A DNA stretch of 64,000 bases. It comes from Takakia lepidozioides (taxonomy: Eukaryota > Plantae > Bryophyta). The stretch is from positions 52,390,001 to 52,454,000 of the forward strand of contig CM060731.1 of the NCBI GenBank assembly GCA_030704615.1. Reading direction: 5' to 3'. Positions 51,001 to 64,000 of the stretch are shown here, piece by piece. Every line of letters starts with the position of its first letter. Position 1 is the first letter of the stretch. Made by a program: the position numbers and the translations under genes. The notes beneath the pieces were generated by a model. It had not been told where the DNA came from, did no database searches, and was given only the letters and a program-made list of their open reading frames with translations.

Positions 51001-54000
51001 CATTGTATCGCCATCCTGTTATGCACTGTCTGCAACTCCGTATGTAGTGCATTCAGTTCTTGCAACTTGCTTTCATGCTGCACCTGCGTTTGATATAGCT
51101 GTTGCTTATGTGCTTCGTGCAACTGGTCTTGCGCGAGGCCTGCCTCAATCAATTGTTGCTTGGCCAATTGCAAAGCCATTTCTGTATTGGCCAAGTCCTG
51201 CTTCATCTTGAGAGTGACCTCTTCATCGACCTTGTTTGCACACTCAGTGGCAAGTCGAGCCTCAAACTCCTTCCTGAGTTCTTCTTTCAAGGCTGTCAAT
51301 TGGGTAATTGGAACATGGGTTTGACATAAGTCCCCAACAAATTAAGTGTCCTGCCTATGGAACTCATCAGCATTGCCTGTTGAGGGTCATCATGGTGAGG
51401 TTGCTGCTGTTCCTCCCGATCTTCAACAGTATGATGTCTCACTAACCATTCAGGCCATTGTCCCACCGGATTTTCTTCCTGAACTACTTCATCTATGACT
51501 GGTGTTACAGTGTCATGACCTTCCGCCTGTGGTACCTCCAACACAGGTGTGTGCATTATATGCACCTCAGGATTTCCCTTGGGCAACTGTTGCACCTCTG
51601 GGATTTTATGTCTCCTTGACCAGACCAGAATATTCATAGAGAAGGTCCCCTTTCTCTATTTCTCTGCCACTATCTGCTCTGTAGTTGGAATCTCTATCCC
51701 TTCACTTTCCAAATCAATTATTTCGGGTTGAGCTGCATGGATAACTTGTGACCTTGTGACAAGTCGTTCAAGTGGCTGTGTTGGCTGTGATGCAGAAGTA
51801 ACTTCTTCCTCCCTCTCTGAAGGTCCTGCTTCCAGTAATAACATTCTTTTGTGCTGCTGTGCCCCTTCCTGGTCATGAGCTTGGGAAACATTATCATGCG
51901 GAATCCGTGAAGCCAGTGGATCCGCCATTACAGTCTTTCCCCTTCTCTGCCTCTTAGTCTCGGGGTTGTGCTGCTAGTCCACCCTCACTGTGTGAAGAGC
52001 CTTGCTCTTCCATTGCAGTTGTTTCTGGCTCAACACTCCCATTTCCTTTCCTTTCTTGTGCATTAAGTATGCCAGAACTAAGGATTATTTGAGCAATGAT
52101 TGGGCCAGACACTATGATAGGAGATTTTGCGGTAGTACCTTGTAATCTTTTCATCTCCTCTACCAGTGCGTTGTACATTATGTCCGCCCATTGTACCTCT
52201 TGTCCCTTCAAGCCTTTGAGGATTTCCTCTGTGAAGGATCTGCTCAAATATTGTTGGTTCTGTTTCAGGGCAATCAGAACGTTCAATACTTGGCCTATGT
52301 CTTTTAACCCTGGGTACACAGCTTTGGTACAAGCATAACCCTGAGTTTTAAAGAAACTCCCTTCTTGGAATAAATCCCCTATTTGCAGTCTTTCCCTGTG
52401 TTCCTCCACATACACATGACCTGCTGGCAATCGAAACAATTGCTGGAGGTATAGGGGAGTAATCATTAATTCAACTCCCTTCACCGTTGTTGTTCCTGTC
52501 TTTGGCTCAAAGTTCTGCAAAAATTGTAACATGTACTGTCTATGGTGTAGTGTCCAATCCATGCTTTGCAATCCTTCCAATCTCAGCTCCTTCAGTATCT
52601 TTATCGCCTGTGGGGTAGCCATCGTTTGTTTCTGCAGAATTGTGGTGCTCTTCACCCTGATTTCCTCCATTCCTCTCACTCTCTTCATCTTAGACTCACA
52701 GAACTGCTTTGGTTGTAACAACTGCAGGAATGCCTGTAGTGCATAAAGCAGAAACGTATGGTTGCCGCAGAAAGCTATGGGTAATCTCTTGTAAGCCTGC
52801 GGGGCTTGCAAGCATTTTCAAGAGAAAAGCTCTGCTCTTTCGTTTCGTGTCTCTGCCATTGCGTAAGTAATATTGCGAGCGTATAGTCTTTTAGTTCCTC
52901 CATAGTTTCCAAGTTATAGCATTTATGGCCTGTCCTGTCGAGACGCCCGTTACTCAGAACGACGCCGCCTCTTGCGCTAATTTCCCTCCATTTTCTGATC
53001 ATTTCTCTGGTTTTCTATTGGCTGTATCCGATGTGACTGGATTTTAACTTTTATCTTCTTTAGTGGACTTTCCCTGTTGGATAGTCCACTAGGATCACAC
53101 ATGCGACATGAAATTCATTTTTCTGTACTTGCCGTTCGTTCTGTTTCCCTTTTTCCGTATTCATTAATGGGCCCGCCTTTCATCCCATTTGACGGCCGTT
53201 CTTTCCTCTTTCTTTTTGACACCTGTCCTTGCACTTCATTCTCTCTGTGTGTCGCACCCTGACCTCCACGTGTCTATTTTTAAAGTAATTTCCGTTTCCT
53301 CTTCCGTCATCCATTTTCCTGAAGTTATTATGTGTCCACTTGCCACTGATTCTATGGATGGTGTAACTTTAGTAGGCTGTGTTGAGCTGTGACAGGCTGT
53401 GTCATACTGTGTTACGTTGTGATAGGCTGTGTTGCACTGTGGTAAGCTGTGATAGGCTGTGACACGCTGCGGTAGGTTGTGATAGGCTGTGTTGCGCCTT
53501 GCTGGGTTGTGTTGGCTGTGTCACGTCGTGACGGCTGTGGTAGGCTGTGTTCGCCTTGCTGCTGTGGTTGCTGTGTCACTCGTGATGGCTGTGAAGGCTG
53601 TGTCATGCCGTGATGGGCTGTGATAGGCTGTGTCACGCCGTGATGGGCTGTGATAGGCTGTGTCACGTTGTTTTTGCCCACCCCGGTCATATATACTGGC
53701 TAGCGACAAGTGTTCCATACTCCGTTCGTAACACTGGTGCAGCCCGTGACTGCTCTTGCGGTTCAACATGCAAATCATGCTGCAGGGTTTGTCATGGATA
53801 CCACTGTACCCCTTCAACTTATTTGCATTGACTCTTCCCAGCATTTCTTTGTTAATGGTTTGTAACATGGCTGTGTTGTTATCATACATCTTTTGTATGA
53901 CATAAGGTCCTTTCCATGGTGATTTAAGCTTAGAAGCTTGAATCTTTCCTTTCTTCTGCAACCATAGAAGAACCAAATCCCCCGTCTTAAAAGTCTTTAA

Positions 54001-55326
54001 TTTGCCTTCATCAACTGTTTTTCGCTTCATCTGAATTCTGGTCATATTATCAGCTGCATCAGCACGTACTTCTTCCACATGGTATAATTCATGTTTCCTG
54101 ACCTTGATGGAGTCTTGCAATTCCATTCTTTTTCCCCACTCCTTCTCATGGTAGGTAACAGAATTTCTACTGGAAGTAAGGCTTCCATACCATAAACTAA
54201 TTGGAATGGTGTATACTTAGTGGTGACTTTATATGAAGTCCTGTATGACCACAAAGCTGTCAGCAGCTTTGTATCCCAATCCGTTCTGTTTGCATTGACT
54301 ATCTTAGCCAAGATAGTACATAGTATTTTGTTGGTAGCCTCTGCCTGCCCATTACCCTGTGGTAATATGTTGTACTCTTTCTATGCACAATCATAAACTC
54401 TTTAGTCAATAACTCAATGGTCTCATTCATGAAGTGACTTCCTTGATCACTGATAAATTCTAAGGGACATCCAAATCGTGTAAGTATGTTCTCGTACAGG
54501 AACCTTGCTGTGGACTTGGCTGTGTTGTCCCTCAAAGCTTTAGCTTCCACCCACTTTTGTATATAATCAGTGGCTGTAATTATGTACCTGTTTCGTGTAT
54601 TCTTGGATGGTGGATTAATTGGTCCAACAAAGTCTAGTCCCCATTTCTAAAATGGTTCCGTAGCATGTAGGATGCAAGGCCATTCTTCCAGATCTCTGCA
54701 AGGTCCTAGCCTCTGACATTCATCACACTTCTGACAAACTCATGTACATCTTTGAACAACTAGGCCACCAGTATCCTGCGAGTAGTATCTTTCTACTGGT
54801 AGTCTCTTCTCCAAAATGACCTCCAGCCACTCCTTTAGGAACTTCCGCCAAGACTTTATTTACTTCATGGTGGTACAGCATCGTTTTAGTACTCCATCAG
54901 TCCTAACTTATACATTCTGCTTCCTACCATAGTATAAGTAAAGCTCTGATAAGCAATTCTCTTCCTCTGCTCCTTACCATAACTAGGTGGGCACTGACTA
55001 TGAGCAAGGTTATCTGATTGGCACTGCCAATCTAACCATTCATCTGCACTTCCTTGCACCTCCATTACAAATAAACTCGCATCAGGTAACTGATCGTCCA
55101 TCTGTGGCGGCCTCTCCTGTTGTTAGTCGTGACAAATGATCTGCCACAAGATGCAAACGGCCAGGCTTGTGTCACTACCTCGAACTCAACTCATCAAGAT
55201 TTATTAAACCACCATCGCTATCCTCCACTTATCAAAGGTTTTGTTCACAGATATATCAAGAGCTGGTGATCCACATAAAACATAACTTTCTTCCCAATAG
55301 GTAATCCTATTTCTTCACTCATAATC
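48028..55326 (-). mobile_element. Second copy of the gypsy family, inverted; 3' LTR 48028-49105, PPT, accessory ORF, integrase; runs into gap
   Basis: Reverse complement of ~39860-47102. LTR ends tgtcgcgcgg...cctctaaca. Same accessory and integrase peptides. Confidence 0.95.
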
Positions 55327-55826
55327 NNNNNNNNNNNNNNNNNNNNNNNNNNNNNNNNNNNNNNNNNNNNNNNNNNNNNNNNNNNNNNNNNNNNNNNNNN
55401 NNNNNNNNNNNNNNNNNNNNNNNNNNNNNNNNNNNNNNNNNNNNNNNNNNNNNNNNNNNNNNNNNNNNNNNNNNNNNNNNNNNNNNNNNNNNNNNNNNNN
55501 NNNNNNNNNNNNNNNNNNNNNNNNNNNNNNNNNNNNNNNNNNNNNNNNNNNNNNNNNNNNNNNNNNNNNNNNNNNNNNNNNNNNNNNNNNNNNNNNNNNN
55601 NNNNNNNNNNNNNNNNNNNNNNNNNNNNNNNNNNNNNNNNNNNNNNNNNNNNNNNNNNNNNNNNNNNNNNNNNNNNNNNNNNNNNNNNNNNNNNNNNNNN
55701 NNNNNNNNNNNNNNNNNNNNNNNNNNNNNNNNNNNNNNNNNNNNNNNNNNNNNNNNNNNNNNNNNNNNNNNNNNNNNNNNNNNNNNNNNNNNNNNNNNNN
55801 NNNNNNNNNNNNNNNNNNNNNNNNNN
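55327..55826. other. Assembly gap (500 N)
   Basis: Run of N. The round size suggests a scaffolding placeholder. Confidence 0.99.
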
Positions 55827-58800
55827 GGTGCAATGGCATGAGAGGATTTTCTTTCACATTAATAAACAAAAATTGGTTGATAGGGTGAATGTGTCATTGG
55901 GGGGGCAAATGATTTTGTTTGGGTTTGAAACTTTGCATGCGTGTATGTTGCACACATACATGTAATTATTGAATGACATATTTGATGCACGCACACATTG
56001 AAGGTTGTTGTTTTGCATTTCGCTTATAATGAGTTGTATGTTTGCAATGACACATTATAATATATGTCCCTATGTTCATTTGTTTGTATCAGGACTTTGG
56101 TCCCTCCCTTCCCGGTTCTCTCTCTTGGCACCCCACCTCCGAAAACAACCCAAGTACATCAGGCGGGAGCCGTGGGCGAGACACCGCCCCCACGGTACCG
56201 CGACGACGATGATGACGATGACAGTGACAGTGACATTGATAACAACAATAAGCATGGAATTAACCAGGAGGATGTGCAAGCCATGGAGGATCTCTTAATG
56301 CATCATGTGGGCACTGATGCATCCCATGGAGAGGGAACCCGGCCAATCGATGATCCTGAAATGGCCCCCTCAAATGACATGGAGAGGGAGGCGAGAACTC
56401 CCTTGTACGAAGGGCGAAAGTGAGTCGACTTTCAACAATCTTACTTTTGCTCAATCTTCAAATTTCGATTTGGCATAAGTAATGTTGGGATGTCTGCCAT
56501 AATGCGAAACTATTGCAGACTATATCTTTGCTCCACACTTGAAACCCAAGATGCCACGGTCGCGGAAAGAGGCGCGCGAAGTCTTGGACTGTGTGGGGAT
56601 GGGCTATAAGATTTTTCATGCATGTCCATGTGATAAAACCCTATACTATGGAGAGGATTCGCGTCTCACCAAATGCCCAGAGTACAAGAAAGACCGATAT
56701 CGGGATGATGTCCAAGGGAAAAAAGTACCACGCAAGGTATAAGCGCCATTCCCCCTCACATGGAAATTACTTTATTTAATTTTCTCAATGCATGTAAAGT
56801 GTATTCCACCAGTTTAGGGTTTAGAGAGTAGTACTGATGCAAGATCTGATTGGTGTTTTGGAAGGAGTGAGTGAAGAGTGGAAGGAGCGACGTTTGGTTT
56901 TGACCATTCACGCCCAAATGAGGGAGATGTTGTATAAAGGGAAAGACATAAGGGTGTTGTATTATGTGTGCTAATGGGATGATTACATGTGGGGGGCGTG
57001 GGGTATTTCATCCTAGAAAATGCATTACTTTCCGATCATCCCGCGATTGAGGGCACAGTACCGAAGCCCCGAATTGGCCAGACTCATGAGATGACACGCC
57101 TCGCATCAGAGCCCCCCGGGAAAGGTGTGCGGGCCACAAGATTCACAAGCATGGAGACATATTGAAGAGATGTGGCCTTTTCCTTTGGAGGACCCACGAC
57201 ATGTCCACCTCGGCTTCTCCTCGGATGGGATCAACCCATTCTCTGTCCAGTCATGTAGTCATTTCACTTGGCCGGTGACCATGGTGAAGTACAACATCCC
57301 TCCGTATCTTTCAATTAAAAAAGGTCATATCAGGTTGGGTCTCGGCATTGGATGCTTCACTTGACCCTATGGCCGGACAATCTTTTCAGATGAGATGCAT
57401 CTTGCTTTGGACAATGCATGATTATTCAGGTATATTATGTTCCTCATGAACAACCCGCGCACATTTACTTGTCAATGCCGGATAATATCGATGAGGATTG
57501 GGATTGATTGAAGTAGATGCGACAGTTTTGTGCACCGTAGTGGGGTAGATGGCATTATGGGCCATGCACATGACAACTTTTTGTCTTTGCTAATGTGGCA
57601 GGATGTGTAGTACATGACTAATTGTTTGCTCGGGCTAAAGCACCAAAGGGTACCATGCATGCTTGCATTGTGGCGATGATCTTGATGCACATAGCTCCCG
57701 CCATCTTCACAAGATGGTGTATCCCAACTACCGCAAATTTCTTCCTATGAGCCATCGATGGAGAAGAAGAGAAAAACACTTGTTTGATGGCAAATAGGAA
57801 GTACGTCCCCCCCCTATGACACCGTCCGGGCAGTTTTGGGAGGACCGATGGAAGGAGGCCCATGCGGGCACAGACGGTGAAGTGGACGTGCCCGACATGA
57901 AACGACTTTCAATCTTCTACGAGTTGCCATATTGGGCGGTACATATTCCACAAAAACACCGTCAATATCCCTATGCATGCATGTGATATTGCACATTTGG
58001 TATGCGTTGCATTGTCACTTTCACGTAAAAAAATTTGTGTAAGTATTTGTGGGTAGGGATATATGTAGGTTGAAGATTCGCCATCTTCTAGATCCTATGC
58101 ATATTGAGAAGAATGTCTGCTTGTTCTTTTTTCGGGTTCTTCATGGCACGCCGGCAAAGAATGTCTCGATGTTAGAAAAGAGCTTGAGAAGCAGGGTCGC
58201 ATGCGCCATCTATGGGTTGAACAAAATGGTGTGGACCCAAAGGGTGTTGTACGGTGGAAGTATAGGCGCGCACCTTGGCAATGGACAAAGGAGGAATACA
58301 AGAAAGTGATAGCCACCATAAGTGTTGTCCGAACACCAACTGGTTATGGGTCATTCCTCCGTACGAAGAAGACGGGGTCCATGGTTTGAAGTCTCATGAC
58401 TACCACAATCTATTGCAAGACATCTTGCCCATTGCAGTACGTGGGACATTGACTCCCGAGGTTCGTGAGACAATCTATAGATTGGGAGGCTTGTTCCGGT
58501 GGATTTGCTCCAAAGAGTTGGATGAAGCGGATTTTCCACGCATGAAGAAGGAGGCGGCGGAGGTAATGTGTATGTTGGAGATGCACCTTCCTCCCTCCTT
58601 CTTTGATATGCAAGTGCACTTGGTAGTGCACTTAGTGGAAGAGGCTTCGATTGCCGGCCCCGTTCATTCTCGGTGGATGTACTTCCTTGAGCGTTATATA
58701 AAGACTTTGAAAGGATTTGTAAGACAAATGGCGCACCCGGAGGGTAGCATGGCGGAGGGGTATACGTTGCAAGAAGCTATGTTATATTGCACGGAGTACA

Positions 58801-60903
58801 TTGCAAGGGTGGATGAGGAAGCCTCTCGGATGTGGAAGGAAGAGGAGGATGCACAAACCAAAGACATCGTTTTGCCCAAAAAATTGAAGAAGCCCGGTAA
58901 AATTGCCGACCTTGGTGATTGAGCAAGCGCATGACTTCATACTGAAGAACACCCCATCCATACATGGGTGGGAGGCAAGATACAATAATCTTGTTCAGCA
59001 ACGAGAGGAGGAGACACTTGCATGGAGGCGGAACCATCCAAGGCCGGTTACTAGACACCCACGACGAGGAGCGGGCCGCCGGAATGTTCTTTCACAAAAT
59101 TTGCCCATGGAATTGCAGCCTCTAAGTTCATTCCAACAGTGGCTTTGGACTTCAGTTTATGATGTTGTTGCTCAAGGAGAGGTGGTTTCAGATTTGGTGC
59201 AAGACATTGCAAGGGCCCCCTCTCAATTCGTGACCTCATACACGGCGGTTTGGGTTTACGGTCGTCATTTCCGCATTCGTGCTCTTGACATGAAGCGCAA
59301 AACAACCTTTGATTCTGGCTTATGTGTCACATATTGGTAAGACTCCGTGTGAAGCAAGGGAGATACACGACTTGCTATGAGCAAACTTGAATACATTGGA
59401 GAGCTTGAGAGCATACTCCAACTTCAGTATACAAGGTACTGGCGTCTTCTCTTCAAGGGAAGGTGGTTCCAGCCACATCTTGTGGGGCCCTCCGCAACAC
59501 TAGTGCAAGATGATTGTGGTTTCATGCACGACAATGCAGATAGGCTCAACCCTACTCATTATCCCTCTGATGAACCTTTTTCATAGCCTTCAGACATGGA
59601 GCAAGTTTTCTTCTCCGATGACAAAACAAGAGGGGGGAATTGAAAAGTGGTTGTGCATGCTCAGTCAAGAGGGAGATGTATCTATCATGGTCTCGGATCT
59701 CCATGGGGTGAGGCAATTGTGGTGGACGGAGAGACTGATCATAATGATGCTGATGATGGAGGTTGGGTAGAGGGGGTAGAAGAGGATGATGATGCCCCGG
59801 ACAATGCATCCTATATGATGAAGCTCCAGAAGATACGGATGTTGGAGAAGGAGACGAAGACACGGCCATTGACAACGAGGTGGAGGATGATTCGGAGGTG
59901 CCTTTTGAGGGCCGGACCATTTATGATGATGACTCTGATGACCAAGAAGACTTGCAGCTTAATGAGGATGAAGAAGCACCGGATGATGATGTTCAAGTTG
60001 ATTAGACACAAAATCAAAGCTACATACCAATTCTCGCACCGAACTGTACCCATCCCTTCGATTGATTGTACATGCACATGCATATTGTAGCTTATTTCTA
60101 TGATTGATCAAATATGGCTGTGGCTGGTAGTCTTTCAAGAAAGAAGGCAGAGTCAATGAATATGTTGAAGCAACACATACAGATGTGGTATCAAGAGAAT
60201 TATCAAAATGAATGTCACAATCTACAAGAAGGTCGACAACAACAAGCTAAACCATAACGAAAAACAAACATCCTACCCCAATACTATATGAAAAAAAAAA
60301 AAAAAAAAAAAAAAACACCCCCAAAGTCCCCAAACCTAAACCTAGAAAGCCCTGCCATCGTTGCCTGCGACCCCCATGCGTCGCAAACTGCGACGCGTTT
60401 TCTTGGATTTATGAGGCCGGGGGTCGCAAACGGCGACGGCAAGCCGTCGCAAACTGTGACCAATTTTTTATTTTGAAAGAATGGGGCAGCTGGGCTGTTT
60501 GTGACACCCGGCCGTTGCAGGGGCCTTTTGCCCTTCATGCCACCATGCGACGGCCTGGCGTCGCAAGAAAAGGCTGCGATGAAAGAAATGGCAAGAAAGG
60601 GCTATTTTTTTCGGCTTGCGACGACCGGCCGTCGCCAGAAAGTCCGCTGCCTTCTGCGCTTTGCTGGGGGGCGACGCTTGGACGTCGCATGGAAGGGCTG
60701 CCTTCTGCCCTTCATCCGCCCCTGCGACGGCCAGGCATCGTCGCCTGGCCCCGACGCCAGGTGGCGACCCGCGGGGTTGGTTGCGACGGCCCGACGTCGC
60801 AAACAGGCTCCGCGGAGTTGGCGTCACACGCTCGGCGCCACGCGGGGCGTGGGGCGCGGCTAGCGTCGCAAACCCCCCCCCCTCCCCCCCATGTGCTGTA
60901 GTG
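55827..60903 (+). mobile_element. CACTA/EnSpm DNA transposon, right portion
   Basis: Tnp2 remnants, GCGACG subterminal repeats at 60350-60880, and terminus ...ATGTGCTGTAGTG (reverse complement CACTACAGCACAT). Confidence 0.9.
56090..59750 (+). pseudogene. CACTA Tnp2/TnpD transposase (Transposase_21, DUF4218, DUF4216-like), intron-containing, disrupted
   Basis: HACPCDKTLY, VPRKV, YFPIIPRL, DSQAWRHI, LGFSSDGINPF, LDPMHIEKNVC, GLKSHDYH, PPSFFDMQVHLVVHLVEE, GPVHSRWMYFLER, PEGSMAEGY, YIGELESILQL and DEPF. Confidence 0.92.
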
Positions 60904-61930
60904 TATTGATGATCCACAGGGATCAGAAGTGATCTTGTGCTTGAAATCCGACCCTCTTGGAGGAATTTGAACCTCTATTCCTGGTCCTTCAGCTATCCCT
61001 GCCTGTGTACAAATCATGAATACATCCTCAGGGCCTTGCTACTAGCAGCTTGACATTGACGGAGTGAAGTTCTTCCAGCAAACACCCCAACCCTACTTAT
61101 TACTGTAGTTCCAATTCTAAATTGCATCTGCTTCTCTCTGTAATCCAACATACATTCACATTTTTGTCTCCATTGTCCCGCCATTGACTGGGGTCGGAAA
61201 GTGTTCACTCCAAAGCTTCTCCTCATCTCTGTTATCTGTTTTTGGATGTTGATCCACACTACCACACTCCCTTCATACATACAGAGTGGAAGCACAAGAA
61301 AAGCTTTGTCATGAGTGCACCCGCAATCGCAGGTAAGAGTTGACCATTTAGCTCCACTGGCAGCAGCACAAATCTGATCAATAGCTCACATGGACATTAG
61401 CAAGGTAGGAAACCACACCTTTCCTGAAGATGTCCTACAATGTACTGCATTTTCAAAGCTAGTACTCATATATGTTGTAATGCCCTCAACCCAGTGGTAG
61501 CAAATGAGAGTTATTTGCAGATACAACTCAAAATCTACAATAACTTAGTAATCCAACTTTAAAGTTGCACTGGGTTGTTACAGATCTGGTGTTGGATTGT
61601 GATGGCTGCACGTTGCTTGAGCATATCTGGCAAACGGTGGCCAATGTATGCTTCGCAATTTACCTGCTTTCCCTCTCCACCTTCCAAATTTGTTGTTGGA
61701 CATGCTGATTTACCAGTTTACTATCTCATACTTAATCAGATCGATAGGTTTTTAAGACTTTAGGTTTCCTGCAAGTTCATTTTGTTGGCTCCTCGATGGA
61801 ATTTGTGTTACACTTTCTTTCCCTCCGTTGTTGCCTGAGCATGACAATGTCCAGAGCCTCTTCTTTCATTTGTTCTCATGTGTAAATCTGGCATGAGCGA
61901 TCCACAATGCTCCCGCACTTAACATACACG
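60904..61930 (-). pseudogene. PDF-motif/PPR family pseudogene fragment, cut by the CACTA end
   Basis: PPRGSDFKHKITSDP..WII (60905-60967) and acagataacagagatgaggagaag are shared with 30000-30300, along with the same intervening intron-like sequence. A short YVKCGSIVD remnant lies near 61900-61930. Confidence 0.75.
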
Positions 61931-61959
61931 GCGCTGCATGGCGCTCACATTTTCCGAAA

Positions 61960-62590
61960 TGGATTCAAGCCTAACATTTTGATGCACAACACCCTTGTGA
62001 TGTATGTAAATGCGGGGGCATCGTGGATGCTCATGACCAAGTGTTCAGTAGAATGCCTCAACGATCTTTGATCACGTGGAATATAATGTTGGCAGGATTT
62101 ACCAAGCATGGGTGTGGTAGGAATGCTTGGGAGACCTATGAGCAAATGTTGCGCGAAGGGGTGAAGCCCAACCACATCGCGTTTGTTTGTGTTTGCAATG
62201 TGTGTGCAAGCATGAGAGCCCTGGAAAAGGGGAAAGAGGTCCATGGTGACATCGTCAACGCTGGAATTGTACCAAATGACATTTTGAACACTGCCCTGGT
62301 CGACATGTATGCCAAATGTGGGTGCATTAAGGATGGGAAGGGAGTTTTCACACTATGGCTGAACGAGGTGTGGTGTCATGGAACGCAATGCTTGCAGGGT
62401 ATGCACAGCAGAGACATGGTATGGAGGCTTTGGAGACCTATAATCAAATGATGGGGGAAGGGGTGAATGTTTTTGTGTATTTGCAATGCGTATGCAAGCC
62501 TGGCAGCTTTGGAAAAGGGCAAAGAGGTCCATGGTGACATTGTCAGAGCTGCAATTGTACCAAATGTCATTCTGAACAATACCCTCGTGG
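61960..62590 (+). pseudogene. PLS-class PPR pseudogene fragment
   Basis: SLITWNIMLAGFTKHGCGRNAWETYEQMLREGVKPN...LNTALVDMYAKCGCIKD...VVSWNAMLAGYAQ. Close inverted paralog of 29230-29720, with frameshifts. Confidence 0.88.
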
Positions 62591-63640
62591 TCTGGAGTCT
62601 TATTGAAGGCGCCTCATACCCATCTAGGTATCCGTTGTAAACATTGGAGTTGCGCGTTTCAACAAGAGCGCCCTCTACACCCGTCTACTCCTGCCCCTTG
62701 CATAAACTAACAAATAGAAAAACAATCAGGCTCTACTATTGATATCCTTCCCGTGTGTGTGCTCTGTTGCAAGCTGCTCCAACGAGAGCAGGATCCCGTT
62801 GTGAAGCTTCGACTGAGCAGCCAACCCGCTGTCAAGCAATCTCGGCGGGTAAAACAAAGCAAAGAATGCCACGCTACATATGTGTATGAGGAGTGCACAT
62901 GTACATGACTGTATGATGGCAAAGTCAAGATGCGATGACTGTTTTCTTGCATTCGTGGGGCATGCATGATAGATGCTGCAATACACTAATGCTTAGTGAG
63001 AATGTATGATAGTGTTTTGGAGAGCAATGGACCCTGCGCGCGGGCAACGGGTAGTAGGGGGTGGGGGCGGCTGGCGCGACGGCTGCATGCGAGGGGGGGG
63101 GGGGGGGGGGGGGGGAGGTGGAGGGCGGGGCTGGGGCCACGCAGGTAGACCCGCTGAGGCAGCATTCAACTCCCGAGGCTCATATATCATTTGCCCTGGC
63201 TCGCCAATGCCCTAAACACTTGTGGGCCCGCCTTTCCCTTTCCCTACCCAACCCTCGCTCGTCTGACGCCCTTACTTCCCCACCCATACCTTAAGTAGTA
63301 CTTGTCTTCGTGATTATTCACATGTTCAAAACCGATTGTTCAAAGTTATTTTGGAAGGGGAGCTTTGGAGTTAGTATTTCATGGAAGATAAGTCGTAGTA
63401 TCAATCTAACATTGAGCTTTATACGAACAAACAAGGCATAAGATAGGTCTTATCCAATTTTAAATTATTCAATTCAAATATGTTAGAATACTTCCGGAAA
63501 GTTGTGCTTCTCGTTTTCAGATTGAATAGAATCCAAACAAGTATTTTTACCTTATAGGAGGTTGTTTTTATCATTGAGTCTTGTTTAATAGGTACTTGCA
63601 GCTAGAAGGTTGTTCCTACTCTTAGAATTCCTCAGTCCAA

Positions 63641-63734
63641 AGAGAGAGAGAGAAGACTGCGGTCGGTGGACCGGCGTAACTAAGAGCCACTTCGCCTTGC
63701 GGCTACTACCTCCTTTCGGGGGTGGGCCCTATTA
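63641..63734 (-). repeat. Third copy of ~90 bp structured element with (CT)n tail
   Basis: Reverse complement TAATAGGGCCCACCCCCGAAAGGAGGTAGTAGCCGCAAGGCGAAGTGGCTCTTAGTTACGCCG... is nearly identical to 1696-1757. Confidence 0.85.
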
Positions 63735-64000
63735 ACTCTATTTTAGCTAATTCTGGACTTTTGTTTGGTCCAAAAATAATACAAGATATATGAATAATTA
63801 TAATCTATAATAGAAATAAAGAGATATATCTATAATTATTTGACTATTTGTGCACTATATAACAACAAATTATGTAATCCTCCACACATTCTACGCAAAA
63901 ATACAAGTATGTATTGTGGTCTTAGATGAACATCCACTGCCAAGTTGACGTTCATTAAAAGGAATGGGAGGATGCAATGAATCAAACAATGATGAGAGCT

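Noticed and set aside
55315-55869. 184-aa ORF
   Set aside because: Artefact of translating across the N gap.
28444-60903. One giant CACTA element spanning 28444-60903
   Set aside because: The TIRs differ beyond CACTAC, the flanking trinucleotides do not match (AGG vs TAT), and an assembly gap intervenes.
60284-60917. Multiple overlapping ORFs in GC-rich blocks (also 15775-16262, 28415-28809, 62925-63294)
   Set aside because: These are stop-poor GC-rich transposon subterminal repeats and homopolymers with no recognisable protein motifs.

Overview
Eukaryotic, repeat-dense plant genomic DNA. The PLS-type PPR fragments, plant-type organellar genes and transposon families suggest a land plant, possibly seed-free (inference). 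One intact host gene is present: a 14-coding-exon NDUFAF7/MidA-like (DUF185) SAM-dependent methyltransferase on the minus strand (6779-14010). Most of the rest is nested mobile DNA. It includes a hAT MITE, two decayed L1-like LINEs and a full-length 13.3 kb Ty3/gypsy element with extra ORFs, whose second copy lies tail-to-tail and runs into a 500-N gap. There are also CACTA/EnSpm pieces including a decayed Tnp2 gene, PPR pseudogenes and a ~90 bp structured repeat in three copies. The standout is a retrotransposon polyprotein in which a Gag zinc knuckle and an aspartic protease read in one frame into a C5 cytosine DNA methyltransferase domain (16317-19600, minus). The putative LTR and gag start of a second member of that family are also present. 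Other oddities are tandem F-box-like mini-ORFs inside nested LTR-like DNA, and an OSB-type PDF (ssDNA-binding) motif in frame with a PLS-PPR N-terminus.
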